DNA from: Acidocella sp.
GTDB lineage: Bacteria; Pseudomonadota; Alphaproteobacteria; Acetobacterales; Acetobacteraceae
Direction: 5' to 3'
DNA: 64,000 nucleotides
Assembly: GCA_965199125.1 (NCBI GenBank)
Contig: OZ240683.1
Span: 553,013 to 617,012, forward strand
Made by a program: the position numbers and the translations under genes
Shown: piece after piece, positions 1 through 10,008 of the stretch
Layout of the letters: the number at the start of each line of letters is the position of its first letter
Position numbering within the stretch: position 1 is the first letter of the stretch
The notes under the pieces: model-generated
The model's input: the letters and a program-made list of their open reading frames with translations, nothing else
The model's database searches: none
What the model was told of the DNA's origin: nothing

Positions 1-359
1 AACTGGTTCAGGATCGAATTCACCTTGGCGCTGATCTCGGTCAACGCGGAATCCGGATCGTGGTTCAGGATCATGTTGATGGTGATGGTGCTAGTGCTGG
101 TCTGGCTGGTGGACGTCATGTAGTCGATGCCATTGACCTGAGCCACGGCGTTTTCGATCGGCGTGGTGATGAACCCCGCGATCACATCTGGGCTGGCGCC
201 GGGATAGCTGGTGGTAATCGTAATGGTGGAGTTCACCGTGTTTGGGTATTCCAGCACAGGCAGCGCGCTGATCGCCCGCAGGCCGAGCACCAGGATCGTG
301 AGGCTGACCACGAGCGCCAGCACCGGCCGCCTGATGAACAGATCGGTAAAATTCCTCAT
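1..359 (-). CDS. RND efflux transporter permease subunit (AcrB/MdtB-like), N-terminal part only, runs off the window
   Basis: Manual translation from ATG at 359: MRNFTDLFIRRPVLALVVSLTILVLGLRAISALPVLEYPNTVNS...YPGASPDVIAGFITTPIENAVAQVNGIDYMTSTS, the typical AcrB-family N-terminus. Not in the ORF track because it is truncated. Confidence 0.9.
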   Translation of the reverse strand, partial: MRNFTDLFIRRPVLALVVSLTILVLGLRAISALPVLEYPNTVNSTITITTSYPGASPDVIAGFITTPIENAVAQVNGIDYMTSTSQTSTSTITINMILNHDPDSALTEISAKVNSILNQ

Positions 360-380
360 TCGGCGGGCCCGGTTCTCGAT

Positions 381-3300
381 TTAAGCGAATTCAACTAACA
401 AGTCCTTCGCATCCACTTGCTCGCCTGGACGCACCAGAATGCTTTTGATCGTGCCGTCGCGGGGTGCAGCCAGCTGCGCTTCCATCTTCATCGCCTCGAT
501 CGCCAGCAGCGGCTCGCCTTGCTTCACCACCTGCGCCTCGCGCACCAGCACCGCCGCGATCGTGCCGGGCATCGGCGCGCCCAGTTGCGCCTCATCCGCC
601 TCATCCGCCTTGCGCCGCGCCGGCCGCGCCACCACGGCACTCCGGTTCGGCACGCTGACCACGCGGGGCTGGCCGTTCAGCTCAAAGAACACCCGCACAC
701 TGCCGTCCTCATCGGTGTCGCCGATGGTCTGCAGGCTGACGATCATGGTCTTGCCGGATTGGATGGTGACCGCGATCTCGTCGCCCGGCGCCATGCCATA
801 AAAATACACCGGCGTCGGCAGCACCGAAACCGGCCCGTAGGTGCGGATCGCGGCGTTGAAGTTGGTGAACACGTCCGGATACATTAAATAAGACGCCAGA
901 ATCTGGTCGTTAAACTCGATCCCGCAGCGCGCCGCGGCCTCCTGCCGCTTGGCCTCCAGGTCGATCTCCGGCAGCAGCGCGCCGGGCCGCGCCGTGCTCG
1001 GCGGCTGGTCCTTCAGCACCTTCTTCTGCAACGCCGGCGGCCAGCCACCCGGCGGCTGCCCCAGATCGCCGCGCAGCATCTCCACCACCGATTGCGGGAA
1101 GGAGATTTCCCGCGCCAGGTCCGCCACCTCCGCCGGCGACAGGTTCTGGCTGACCATCATCAGCGCCATGTCGCCCACCACTTTGGAGGACGGCGTGACC
1201 TTCACGATGTCGCCGAACATCTCATTGGCGTCCCGATACGCCCGCGCCACCTCGTGCCAGCGCGTCTCCAGCCCCAGCGAGTGCGCCTGCTCGCGCAGAT
1301 TGGTGAACTGCCCGCCGGGCATTTCATGAAGATACACTTCCGAGGCGCCGGATTGCAGATCGCTCTCGAACGCCGCGTACTGCCGCCGCACGCCTTCCCA
1401 GTAAAAACTCAGGCGCCGAATCGCGTCCGGATCGAGCCCGGTGTCGCGCACCGTGTTGCGCAGCGCCTCGACCAGGGAGCCGAGGCAGGGCTGCGAGGTC
1501 AGCCCCGACATCGGGTCCATCGCCGCGTCGAACGCATCCACCCCAGCATTCACCGCGGCCAGCACCGTGGCGCCGGAAATGCCGGAGGTGTCGTGCGTGT
1601 GCAGATGGATCGGCAGCCCGACCTCCTTTTTCAGCGCGTTCACCAGCACGGCGGCGGCCGAGGGCTTCAGCAGCCCCGCCATGTCCTTGATCGCGAGGAT
1701 ATGGCAGCCCGCGGCTTCCAGCTCCTTCGCCACGCCCACGTAGTAGTTCAGCGAATACTTCGCGCGGTTCGGGTCCAGGATGTCGCCGGTATAGCACAGC
1801 GCGCCCTCCGCCAGCTTGCCCGCCTCGCACACCGCGTCGATCGCGACGCGCATATTCTCGACCCAGTTCAGGCAGTCGAAGATCCTGAACAGATCGATGC
1901 CGCCGGAGGCCGCCTGGCGGATGAAGAACTTCACCACGTTGTCTGGGTAATTGGTGTAGCCGACGCCGTTGGCGCCCCGTAGCAGCATCTGGAGTAAAAG
2001 ATTCGGCACCCGCTCGCGCAGCATGGTCAGCCGCTCCCACGGTCCTTCGGAGAGAAACCGCATCGAGACGTCGAACGTCGCGCCGCCCCAGCATTCCAGC
2101 GACAGCAATTCGGGCAGCGCCACCGAATACGCCTCCGCCACCGCCACGATGTCATGGCTGCGCATCCGCGTTGCCAGCAGCGATTGATGCGCGTCGCGCA
2201 TCGTGGTGTCGGTCACCAGCGCGCGCCGCTCCGCCAGCATCCAGTCGGCAAAGCCTTTCGGCCCCAGCCGGTCCAGAATTTGCTTGGTACCGTCCGCCCG
2301 CTCATGCCCAAAGCGCGGCGCTTCCGGCGTACGCGCCTCCGCCGCCGGGCGCGGCTTGCCGCGCGTTTCCGGATGGCCGTTCACCGTCACATCCGCGATG
2401 TAGCGCAGCAGCTTGGTGGCGCGGTCACGCCGCTTCGCCACCTGGAACAGCGCGGGCGTGTTGTCGATGAACCGCGTGGTGTATTTGTTGGCGGCGAAGT
2501 CCGGATGGTTCAGCAGCGCTTCCAGAAAGGCGAGGTTGGTCGCTACACCCCGTATCCGGTATTCGCGCAGCGCCCGGTCCATCCGCGCGATCGCCTCTTC
2601 CGGCGTCGGCGCCCAGGCGGTGACTTTCTCCAGCAGCGCGTCGTAAAACCGCGTCACCACCGCGCCGGAATAGGCCGTGCCGCCATCGGTGCGGATGCCA
2701 AAGCCGTGCGCGCCGCGATAGGCGGTGATCCGGCCATAATCCGGAATGAAATTATTCTCCGGATTTTCCGTGGTGATCCGGCATTGCAGCGCATGATCGC
2801 GCAGCTTTATCTGCTCCTGCGGCGGCACGCCGGTCTCCGCGACATCGCCGACATGGCCGCCTTCGGCGATGCGTATCTGCGCCTTCACGATGTCGATCCC
2901 GGTCACCACCTCGGTCACCGTATGTTCCACCTGCACGCGCGGATTAACTTCAATGAAGTAGAACTGGCCGCTCTCCATATCCATCAGGAACTCTACCGTG
3001 CCGGCATTACAGTAATCCGTGGCGCGGCCGATCGCCAGCGCCGCGTTGCACAGCTTTTCGCGGTCCTCGGTACTCAGATACGGCGCCGGCGCGCGCTCGA
3101 TCACCTTCTGGTGGCGGCGCTGGATCGAACAGTCACGCTCGAACAGATGCACGAGGCCGCCATGCGAGTCCCCCAGCAGCTGCACCTCCACATGCCGGGC
3201 GCGGCGCACCAGTTTTTCCAGATACACTTCGTCATTACCGAACGCCGCCTTCGCTTCGCGCTTGGCGGCCACCACGGAGTCCAGCAGCGTCTCTTCGGTA

Positions 3301-3836
3301 TCGATCGGGCGCATGCCGCGCCCGCCGCCGCCCCAGCTCGCCTTCAGCATCACTGGATAGCCGATCTCCGCCGCCATCCGCTTGATCTCGGCGCCATCAT
3401 CTGCCTGGGCATCAGGCAGCGGCACGGTCGCCGGCATCACCGGCACGCCGACGGAAACCGCCAAGTTTCTGGCCGCCACCTTGTTGCCCAGCGTGCGCAT
3501 GGTTTTCGATGTTGGGCCAATAAACACGATGCCGGCATCCGCGCAGGCATCGGCGAAATCCGGATTTTCCGACAGAAACCCATAGCCCGGATGAATTGCA
3601 TCGACGCCGGCGGAGACCGCCACCCGGATCACGTCCTCGATCGACAGATACGCCTCGATCGGCCCCTTGCCACGGCCGATCAGATACGCCTCATCCGCCT
3701 TGAACCGGTGCAGCGAAAGCTTGTCGTGTTCAGGATAGATCGCGATCGTCTGAATGCCGAGTTCGGCGGCGGCACGAAAGACGCGGATCGCGATCTCGGA
3801 CCGATTGGCAACCAGCAGGCGCTTAAACCGTCTCAA
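381..3836 (-). CDS. pyc: Pyruvate carboxylase (BC-CT-BCCP single chain)
   Basis: 1151 aa; ANRSEIAIR, GGGGRGMR, RDCSIQRRHQK, DTTMRDAHQSLLATR, HLHTHDT and biotin site EAMKME; TTG start after GAAGG. Confidence 0.97.
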   Translation of the reverse strand: MRRFKRLLVANRSEIAIRVFRAAAELGIQTIAIYPEHDKLSLHRFKADEAYLIGRGKGPIEAYLSIEDVIRVAVSAGVDAIHPGYGFLSENPDFADACADAGIVFIGPTSKTMRTLGNKVAARNLAVSVGVPVMPATVPLPDAQADDGAEIKRMAAEIGYPVMLKASWGGGGRGMRPIDTEETLLDSVVAAKREAKAAFGNDEVYLEKLVRRARHVEVQLLGDSHGGLVHLFERDCSIQRRHQKVIERAPAPYLSTEDREKLCNAALAIGRATDYCNAGTVEFLMDMESGQFYFIEVNPRVQVEHTVTEVVTGIDIVKAQIRIAEGGHVGDVAETGVPPQEQIKLRDHALQCRITTENPENNFIPDYGRITAYRGAHGFGIRTDGGTAYSGAVVTRFYDALLEKVTAWAPTPEEAIARMDRALREYRIRGVATNLAFLEALLNHPDFAANKYTTRFIDNTPALFQVAKRRDRATKLLRYIADVTVNGHPETRGKPRPAAEARTPEAPRFGHERADGTKQILDRLGPKGFADWMLAERRALVTDTTMRDAHQSLLATRMRSHDIVAVAEAYSVALPELLSLECWGGATFDVSMRFLSEGPWERLTMLRERVPNLLLQMLLRGANGVGYTNYPDNVVKFFIRQAASGGIDLFRIFDCLNWVENMRVAIDAVCEAGKLAEGALCYTGDILDPNRAKYSLNYYVGVAKELEAAGCHILAIKDMAGLLKPSAAAVLVNALKKEVGLPIHLHTHDTSGISGATVLAAVNAGVDAFDAAMDPMSGLTSQPCLGSLVEALRNTVRDTGLDPDAIRRLSFYWEGVRRQYAAFESDLQSGASEVYLHEMPGGQFTNLREQAHSLGLETRWHEVARAYRDANEMFGDIVKVTPSSKVVGDMALMMVSQNLSPAEVADLAREISFPQSVVEMLRGDLGQPPGGWPPALQKKVLKDQPPSTARPGALLPEIDLEAKRQEAAARCGIEFNDQILASYLMYPDVFTNFNAAIRTYGPVSVLPTPVYFYGMAPGDEIAVTIQSGKTMIVSLQTIGDTDEDGSVRVFFELNGQPRVVSVPNRSAVVARPARRKADEADEAQLGAPMPGTIAAVLVREAQVVKQGEPLLAIEAMKMEAQLAAPRDGTIKSILVRPGEQVDAKDLLVEFA

Positions 3837-3911
3837 CCTTCAACCCCCGCATGGTCCGCCCCTACCTCTAATATCTCCGGGACAAAACACAACCAGGCGC
3901 TACTGGCGGCT

Positions 3912-4829
3912 CTATTGCGGCATCGCTTCCGGAATGATCGTCTTCACGATGGTCGCATCCAGCGCTTCAAAACCTTCGTAGTCGATGGTGGCGTACAGCT
4001 CCTTGCGGGTCAGCATCTGTTCCACGCAGTTCTGCGCGCCGCCGTCACGGGCAATGGCCTTGAACAGCTTCTCCTGCGCCAGCGCCGCGACGCGCAATGA
4101 GGTCACCGGCCAGATCAGCATTTTATAGCCCATGTCTTGGAACTCGTTCTTCGTAAAGAATGGCGTGCGCCCAAACTCGGTCATGTTGGCGAGCAGCGGC
4201 ACGTGCGCCGGCATCTTGGCTGCGAATTCCCGGAACATCGCCTCGGTATTCATCGCCTCGATGAAAATCGCGTCCGCCCCCGCCTGCACATACAGCTTCG
4301 CCCGCGCCACCGCGCCGTCCATGCCCTCCGAAGCCGCGGCGTCGGTCCGCGCAACGATATACAGATGCCGCCGTGCATGCGCCGCGGCAGCCACTTTCGC
4401 TGCCATATCCTGCGGGCTCGCCAGCTTCTTGTCGTTCAGATGGCCGCATTTCTTCGGCAGTATCTGGTCCTCGAGATGCACCGCCGCGGCGCCCGCATCT
4501 TCGAAGGCGCGGACCATGTTCATCACATTCAGCGCTTCGCCATAGCCGGTATCGCCATCCACCAGCACTGGCAGACCGGATGCGCGCGTCACCTGCCGCA
4601 CGAAAAAACACACCTCATCGACCGTAATTATCCCGAGGTCGGGCAGCCCCATCGATGCGGTCATCGCCGCACCCGACAGATAGCACGCCTCGAATCCCGC
4701 CGCCTTCGCCTGCTGCGCCGCCAGGCCGTTATGCGTCCCCGGCATCGCCAAAATCCCCGGCCGCGCCAGCAACGCCCGGAACCGCTCGCCCGCCAAAGCA
4801 GCCGGCGCGCCGCCACTCAAATAGGTCAT
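3912..4829 (-). CDS. prpB: 2-methylisocitrate lyase
   Basis: KKCGH catalytic loop, DGDTGYG, LEDQ. Start moved to ATG 4829 (MTYLSGG), which overlaps the prpC stop as ATGA. Confidence 0.93.
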   Translation of the reverse strand: MTYLSGGAPAALAGERFRALLARPGILAMPGTHNGLAAQQAKAAGFEACYLSGAAMTASMGLPDLGIITVDEVCFFVRQVTRASGLPVLVDGDTGYGEALNVMNMVRAFEDAGAAAVHLEDQILPKKCGHLNDKKLASPQDMAAKVAAAAHARRHLYIVARTDAAASEGMDGAVARAKLYVQAGADAIFIEAMNTEAMFREFAAKMPAHVPLLANMTEFGRTPFFTKNEFQDMGYKMLIWPVTSLRVAALAQEKLFKAIARDGGAQNCVEQMLTRKELYATIDYEGFEALDATIVKTIIPEAMPQ

Positions 4830-5974
4830 TTGCGTTCCCCAATCGGCAAAAATGGTAAATTCTCCGGCCCGGTGTAATTCGCCGAAGGCCGGATGATCTT
4901 GCCGTCGATCCGCTGCTCGATCACATGCGCCGCCCAGCCTGACGTGCGCGAAATCACGAACAGCGGCGTGAACATAGCGGTCGGCACATCCATCATGTGA
5001 TAGGACACGGCGGAGAACCAATCGAGGTTCGGGAACATCTTCTTGATCTCGCCCATCACGCTCTCCAGCCGCTCCGCGACCTGGAACATCCGCATGCTGC
5101 CGGCCTCTTCGCTCAGCGCCTTCGCGACCCGCTTGATCACCACGTTGCGCGGATCGGCGATGGTATAGACCGGATGACCAAAACCGATCACCACCTCTTT
5201 CGCCTCCACCCGCCGGCGAATATCCGCCTCGGCCTCGTCCGGCGTGTCGTACCGCTTCTGTATCTCGAACGCCGCCTCATTCGCGCCGCCATGCTTCGGC
5301 CCGCGTAGCGCGCCGATGGCACCGGTGATCGCGGAATACATGTCCGCGCCCGTGCCGGCGATGACGCGAGCGGCGAAAGTGGACGCGTTGAACTCATGCT
5401 CGGCATACAGCACCAGGGACGTATGCATCGCCCGCACCCAGGAAGCGGAGGGCGGCCGTCCATGCAGTAGATGCAGGAAATGCCCGCCGATCGTCTCGTC
5501 ATCGGTCCGCACTTCAATGCGCGTGCCGTTCACCGCAAAATGATACCAGTACAGCAACGCCGAACCGAGCGATGCCATCAGCTTGTCCGCGATGTCTTTC
5601 GCACCCGCGGTGTTATGGTCATGCGTCTCCGGCGTCACACAACCCAGCGCCGACACATAACTCCGCATCACGTCCATCGGATGCGCCGCCGCGGGGATCG
5701 CCTCCAGCACCGTCTTCACCGCCGCCGGCAGCCCCCTCAACGCCCGCAGCTTCGACTTATAGGCTTTCAAATCCGCTGCGTTCGGCAGGCTGCCATGCAC
5801 CAGCAGATGCGCGATCTCCTCGAACTCGCACGCCTCCGCCACATCCAGAATGTCATAACCCCGGTAATGCAAATCGTTGCCGGTCCGCCCCACCGTACAC
5901 AAAGCGGTATTGCCGGCGGTCACACCCGAAAGTGCAACGGACTTCTTCGGCTTCGGCGTTATGGTTTCACTCAT
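4826..5974 (-). CDS. prpC: 2-methylcitrate synthase
   Basis: Citrate synthase motifs HEFNAST, HGGAN, GFGHPVY, PNLDWF; N-terminus KKSVALSGV typical of PrpC; lies between prpD and prpB. Confidence 0.95.
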   Translation of the reverse strand: MSETITPKPKKSVALSGVTAGNTALCTVGRTGNDLHYRGYDILDVAEACEFEEIAHLLVHGSLPNAADLKAYKSKLRALRGLPAAVKTVLEAIPAAAHPMDVMRSYVSALGCVTPETHDHNTAGAKDIADKLMASLGSALLYWYHFAVNGTRIEVRTDDETIGGHFLHLLHGRPPSASWVRAMHTSLVLYAEHEFNASTFAARVIAGTGADMYSAITGAIGALRGPKHGGANEAAFEIQKRYDTPDEAEADIRRRVEAKEVVIGFGHPVYTIADPRNVVIKRVAKALSEEAGSMRMFQVAERLESVMGEIKKMFPNLDWFSAVSYHMMDVPTAMFTPLFVISRTSGWAAHVIEQRIDGKIIRPSANYTGPENLPFLPIGERK

Positions 5975-5991
5975 TTTGGGCCCTTATAATT

Positions 5992-6140
5992 AAGCAAGGA
6001 AGCGCTACTTTTTTGAAAAAAAGTAACAAAAAACTTTTGCTAAACTAGGCCACGTTCACCGGCACGCCTTGGTCTAAGTCATAAATTTTTTGCTTCCGGG
6101 CGCGCAGCCTTTTTGTTCACAAAAATAAGTCTTCCTTCCC
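5992..6140. repeat. AT-rich three-hairpin repeat element, full copy A, oriented opposite to copies C and D
   Basis: Arm AAGGAAGCGCTACTTTTTTGAAAAAAAGTAACAAAAAACTTTTG, a central hairpin, and an inverted arm ...CTTTTTGTTCACAAAAATAAGTCTTCC; similar to 9191, 17516 and 60481. Confidence 0.85.
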
Positions 6141-7640
6141 CTAAAATATCCCCGCCTTCGCTTCCTCCAGCCGCCCGGCCGGCAGCGCCACATTCAGCAC
6201 CGCCAGCTCGCCCGCCGCCAGTTTCGGCAGGTTCTGCACCGCCTCCAGAAACCGGTTGCTTTCGCGGGTCGAGATGATGCCGTCGGTGATGCTTTGGAAC
6301 TTATGGATGTAGTCCGCCCGCTCGAATGGCTTGGCGCCCAGCGGATGCGCGTTCGCCACCGCCATTTCATCTTCGAGCTTGCTGCCATCCTTGAAAAACA
6401 CCTCGATGCGCGCGCCGAACGCTTTTTCGTTGGTGTCGAGCGTATGATAGCGCCGCGTCCACTCCGCGTCTTCCTGGGTCTCGATCTTCTGCCATAGCCG
6501 CACTGTATCCGGCCGCCCCGCGCGCTTCGGCGCATAGCTTGCCACGTGGTCCCAGCTGCCATCCTGCAACGCCACCGCAAAAATATACATGATCGAGTGG
6601 TCCAGCGTCTCCCGGCTCGCCTTCGGGTCCATCTTCTGCGGATCGTTGGCGCCGGTGCCGATCACATAATGCGTGTGGTGCGAGGTGTGGATGACAATCT
6701 TATCGATGGCATCCAAATCCTCGATCTGCTCGCGCATCCGGAAGGCGAGGTCGATCAGCGCCTGGCTCTGATACTCGGCTGAATGCTCCTTGGTGTAGCT
6801 GTCAAGGATCGCTCGCTTCGGCTCACCGAGTGCGGGTAGCGGCACGTGGTACAGCGCATCCTTGCCGTCCAGCAGCCAGGCGATCACCGAATCCTCGCCC
6901 TCATAAACCGGACTGGGCGCGCCTTCGCCCCGCATCGCCCGGTCCACCGCCTCGATCGCGAGCTTGCCCGAATGCGCCGGCGCATATGCCTTCCATGACG
7001 AAATCTCGCCCTTGCGCGATTGCCGCGTGGTGAAGGACACATGCACCGCCTGCTGCACCGCCTGGTAGATCACTTCCTGCTTCAGCCCTAGCAGCGTACC
7101 GATGCCGGCCGCCTGCGCCGGGCACAGATGCGCGATGTGGTCGATCTTATGCTCGTGCAGGCAGATCGCGCGCACCAGGTCGATCTGGATTTCGTAGCCC
7201 GTCGCGATACCGCGGATCAGGTCCTTGCCGGAGCGCCCCGCGGTTTGCGCTACCGCCAGGATCGGCGGGATATTGTCGCCCGGGTGGGAATAATCCGCCG
7301 CCAGAAACGTGTCGTGGTAATCCAGCTCGCGCACCGCCGTGCCGTTCGCCCAGGCCGCCCATTCCGGGCTTACCGTCACTTGTCGCGCGGCGCCGAATAA
7401 CGTCGCCCCGCCTTTACGCGGATGCCCCAGCGCCATGCCGCGCGCGGAAACCACCGGCCGGCGGTTGACCGACGCGATCGCCACCGAGGCATTGTCGATG
7501 ATCCGGTTGACGATCATCTCCGCCACCTCGCGCTGGACCGCCACCTTATCGGCGGCCACTCCCGCGATCTTCCATGCCAGCTGGTCCTGGCGGGCCAGCC
7601 TGGTTTTGGAAGGATAGACGCGGACTTCCTGCATCTGCAT
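6141..7640 (-). CDS. prpD: MmgE/PrpD family 2-methylcitrate dehydratase
   Basis: 499 aa; [34 protein letters not shown] motifs; clustered with prpC and prpB. Confidence 0.93.
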   Translation of the reverse strand: MQMQEVRVYPSKTRLARQDQLAWKIAGVAADKVAVQREVAEMIVNRIIDNASVAIASVNRRPVVSARGMALGHPRKGGATLFGAARQVTVSPEWAAWANGTAVRELDYHDTFLAADYSHPGDNIPPILAVAQTAGRSGKDLIRGIATGYEIQIDLVRAICLHEHKIDHIAHLCPAQAAGIGTLLGLKQEVIYQAVQQAVHVSFTTRQSRKGEISSWKAYAPAHSGKLAIEAVDRAMRGEGAPSPVYEGEDSVIAWLLDGKDALYHVPLPALGEPKRAILDSYTKEHSAEYQSQALIDLAFRMREQIEDLDAIDKIVIHTSHHTHYVIGTGANDPQKMDPKASRETLDHSIMYIFAVALQDGSWDHVASYAPKRAGRPDTVRLWQKIETQEDAEWTRRYHTLDTNEKAFGARIEVFFKDGSKLEDEMAVANAHPLGAKPFERADYIHKFQSITDGIISTRESNRFLEAVQNLPKLAAGELAVLNVALPAGRLEEAKAGIF

Positions 7641-7741
7641 GGCGGCGGGGTTCCTTGATGTTTTGTTGCGCCCTCTTCGCGCGGAACGCTTCCGCCCGCC
7701 AGTGTCCCGGCTTGCATATAAGCGTTAACCGCCCTAACCGA

Positions 7742-7759
7742 CTTGCGAAGTTTGTGAAG
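7742..7759. promoter_or_regulatory. Candidate ScfR/PrpR operator (9-bp direct repeat)
   Basis: CTTGCGAAG-TTTGTGAAG just upstream of the regulator ATG, in the divergent prpD/regulator gap; resembles TTTGCRAA boxes of this family but the spacing differs. Confidence 0.4.
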
Positions 7760-7762
7760 TTG

Positions 7763-9190
7763 ATGCTGCCGAAGAAAATCTATGCCGGGGACCGCCTGCG
7801 CCGCCTGCGCCATCAAGCGGGGCTGAAACAGGCCAGCCTCGCCGCCCGCTTGCAAATCTCGCCTAGCTATCTGAACCAGGTGGAGCGAGACCAGCGGCCG
7901 CTGACCCCTGCTTTGCTCACCCGCCTCGCCGATGCCCTGAACGTCTCCGAAACCTACTTTGCCGATACCGAGGACCTCCGCCGCGCCAGCGAACTTCGCG
8001 AAGCTTTCGGTGATCCGCTGTTCTGGGGCAAGGACCTGGCGGCAGACGAGGTGCAGGCCGCCGTGCGCGCCGCCCCCGCCTTAATCGACAGTTTCCTGCA
8101 CCTGTACCGCGTCTATGCCGGCCTCGAGCAGCAGAAAATCGAGACCCACAACAACCGCCTGGCCGACCACGCCGCCACCGCACCGCGCTTTCCCTACGAC
8201 GAAGTGCGCGACTGGGTGCAGTCCCAGCACAACCATTTCGAAGCCCTGGACCGCGCTGCCGAACAGCTGTTCGAGGACGCGAAGTTCAGCAGCGCCACCC
8301 TGCGCGACGACCTCACCCGCTACCTCGCCGACCGCCATGGCATTGCCGTCGGCAGCACCCCGCGGCTGGTCGAGCAAGGCACCTTTTGGCGCCTGAACAG
8401 GCCCGCGAAACGGCTGACCCTGACGGAAGACGCGGCGGTGGAAAGCAAAACCTTCTGGCTCGCCCATGTCATCGGCCAGCTCGAACGCAAAGCGCTGGTG
8501 GAGCGCGAAGTCCGCCGCGCCCGCCTCGCCACCGAGGAAGCGCAAGGCCTGCTGCGCATCGGCCTCGCCAATTACTTCGCCGGCGCGCTGCTGATGCCCT
8601 ATCGGCGCCTGTTCGACCAAGCGCAAACCTTGCGCTACGACATCCAGCGCTTGCAGGGCCATTTCGGCGCCAGCTTCGAACAGGTCTGCCACCGCCTCAG
8701 CACCATGCAGCGGCCGGACCTGCCCGGCATACCGTTCTACTTCGCGAAAACCGACATAGCCGGCAACATCCTGAAACGCAGCAGCGTCACACGCTTTCAA
8801 TTCGCGCAATTCGGCGGCCCCTGTCCGCTATGGAACGTCTACCGCGCCTTCGCCCATCCCGGCGAAATCCTGGTGCAGCTCGCCAGCACGCCGGACCAGG
8901 CCACCTACCTCAACATCGCCCGCACCGTCGGCCGCGGCGGCGGCTCGTTCCTCAGCCGCCCTCGCGCCGTCGCCGTCGTGCTCGGCTGCGAAGTCCGCTA
9001 CGCCGTGCAAACCATTTACGCCGCCGGCCTGGACCTCACCAACCTGGACGCCGCCGATCCCATCGGCCCCGGCTGCCGCGCCTGCGACCGCACCTCCTGC
9101 CGCCACCGCTCTGTCCCGCCAATAGGCCGCAGCCTAGACGTAGGCACCGCCGAACGCGGGGCCGTGCCGTACCGGGTGAGGATGGAGTAG
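7763..9190 (+). CDS. Short-chain fatty acyl-CoA regulator (XRE-HTH + IrrE + DUF2083; PrpR/RamB/PccR-like)
   Basis: N-terminal HTH (GDRLRRLR...LQISPSYLNQVERDQRP), FEQVCHRLSTMQRP, GGPCPLWNV, C-terminal CRACDRTSC; divergent from prpD. Start set at ATG 7763. Confidence 0.9.
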   Translation: MLPKKIYAGDRLRRLRHQAGLKQASLAARLQISPSYLNQVERDQRPLTPALLTRLADALNVSETYFADTEDLRRASELREAFGDPLFWGKDLAADEVQAAVRAAPALIDSFLHLYRVYAGLEQQKIETHNNRLADHAATAPRFPYDEVRDWVQSQHNHFEALDRAAEQLFEDAKFSSATLRDDLTRYLADRHGIAVGSTPRLVEQGTFWRLNRPAKRLTLTEDAAVESKTFWLAHVIGQLERKALVEREVRRARLATEEAQGLLRIGLANYFAGALLMPYRRLFDQAQTLRYDIQRLQGHFGASFEQVCHRLSTMQRPDLPGIPFYFAKTDIAGNILKRSSVTRFQFAQFGGPCPLWNVYRAFAHPGEILVQLASTPDQATYLNIARTVGRGGGSFLSRPRAVAVVLGCEVRYAVQTIYAAGLDLTNLDAADPIGPGCRACDRTSCRHRSVPPIGRSLDVGTAERGAVPYRVRME

Positions 9191-9234
9191 AAGGAAGCGG
9201 TTCTTTTTTGTAAAAAGAACCAAAAAACTTTTGG
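9191..9234. repeat. AT-rich repeat element, single-arm copy B
   Basis: AAGGAAGCGGTTCTTTTTTGTAAAAAGAACCAAAAAACTTTTGG directly after the regulator stop codon. Confidence 0.8.
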
Positions 9235-9339
9235 TAGTCAGGTCTCATGCCCGTGGTGCGGCCAACGTCGATCTTAAACGGGCCGCACCGTCAACCCATC
9301 GTCATACGGGCATCCACGACTTTACCAATCCAGAAAAGC

Positions 9340-10008
9340 CTACGCCCCGCCGAACGCCAGCTCGATCAACTCCTTCGGCAACTCCGCGTTCAGCGCCGTG
9401 CTAGCTTCCGGCAGCAGCCTGTCCTCGATCAGCGTGCGCAACTCGTCCGCGGTGGACGACGCTTCCGCTTGGCATTCCTTCAAAATTTCAATCGTATGCG
9501 GCGCGTCGACTTTGCGGGCTAGAATTTCTAGTCCCTGATAGGCGCCGACCTCCTGCTGGATGGCGGTATGCAGCGCGTAGGCGCCGGCCAGATCCCGCAC
9601 CGGCCCTTCCGCCGTCTGCCGATAGATGGCGGCGATCCCGCCGGCGGGCGCCAGATGGCCGGCATGGCTGTCAGGCCGGGCATGGCCGAAATGGGTCAGC
9701 ACGCTGTCAATCCGTTGCGCCTGGGAGACACTCGCGGCGGCGCGCATGCCGGTAAACTCCCCCAGCGCGCCGCTGCCGTCCTGCAATGCCACCAGCAGCT
9801 CGTTCATCCCAAGCTGTGCCCGGTGCAGCGCGACGAGACCGGTCATCAGCATGCGCCGTACAGTCGAAGAGACCGCCGGCGCGGCGTTGATCGGCGCGTC
9901 ATCCGCCATAACACCCGCTTGCTCCACCGTCTTCGGCACATCGCTGGCGGGGAAGCTGTCGGCGCTGCCCTCGTCCAGATGCTTGCCGTGGTCGGCGCCG
10001 CCGCTCAT
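9340..10008 (-). CDS. DUF892-like (ferritin-fold) protein with an N-terminal DSFPASD motif
   Basis: ATG 10008 overlaps the upstream stop (ATGA). Helix pattern ends QEVGAYQGLEILARK...ILKECQAE, like YciF/DUF892. Confidence 0.6.
   Translation of the reverse strand: MSGGADHGKHLDEGSADSFPASDVPKTVEQAGVMADDAPINAAPAVSSTVRRMLMTGLVALHRAQLGMNELLVALQDGSGALGEFTGMRAAASVSQAQRIDSVLTHFGHARPDSHAGHLAPAGGIAAIYRQTAEGPVRDLAGAYALHTAIQQEVGAYQGLEILARKVDAPHTIEILKECQAEASSTADELRTLIEDRLLPEASTALNAELPKELIELAFGGA

Noticed and set aside
2154-4100. Long plus-strand ORF opposite pyc/prpB; likewise 33405-35477, 45237-46772, 56349-58532 and 22199-23644
   Set aside because: Antisense shadows of well-supported genes in high-GC DNA; Arg/His-rich translations with no motifs.
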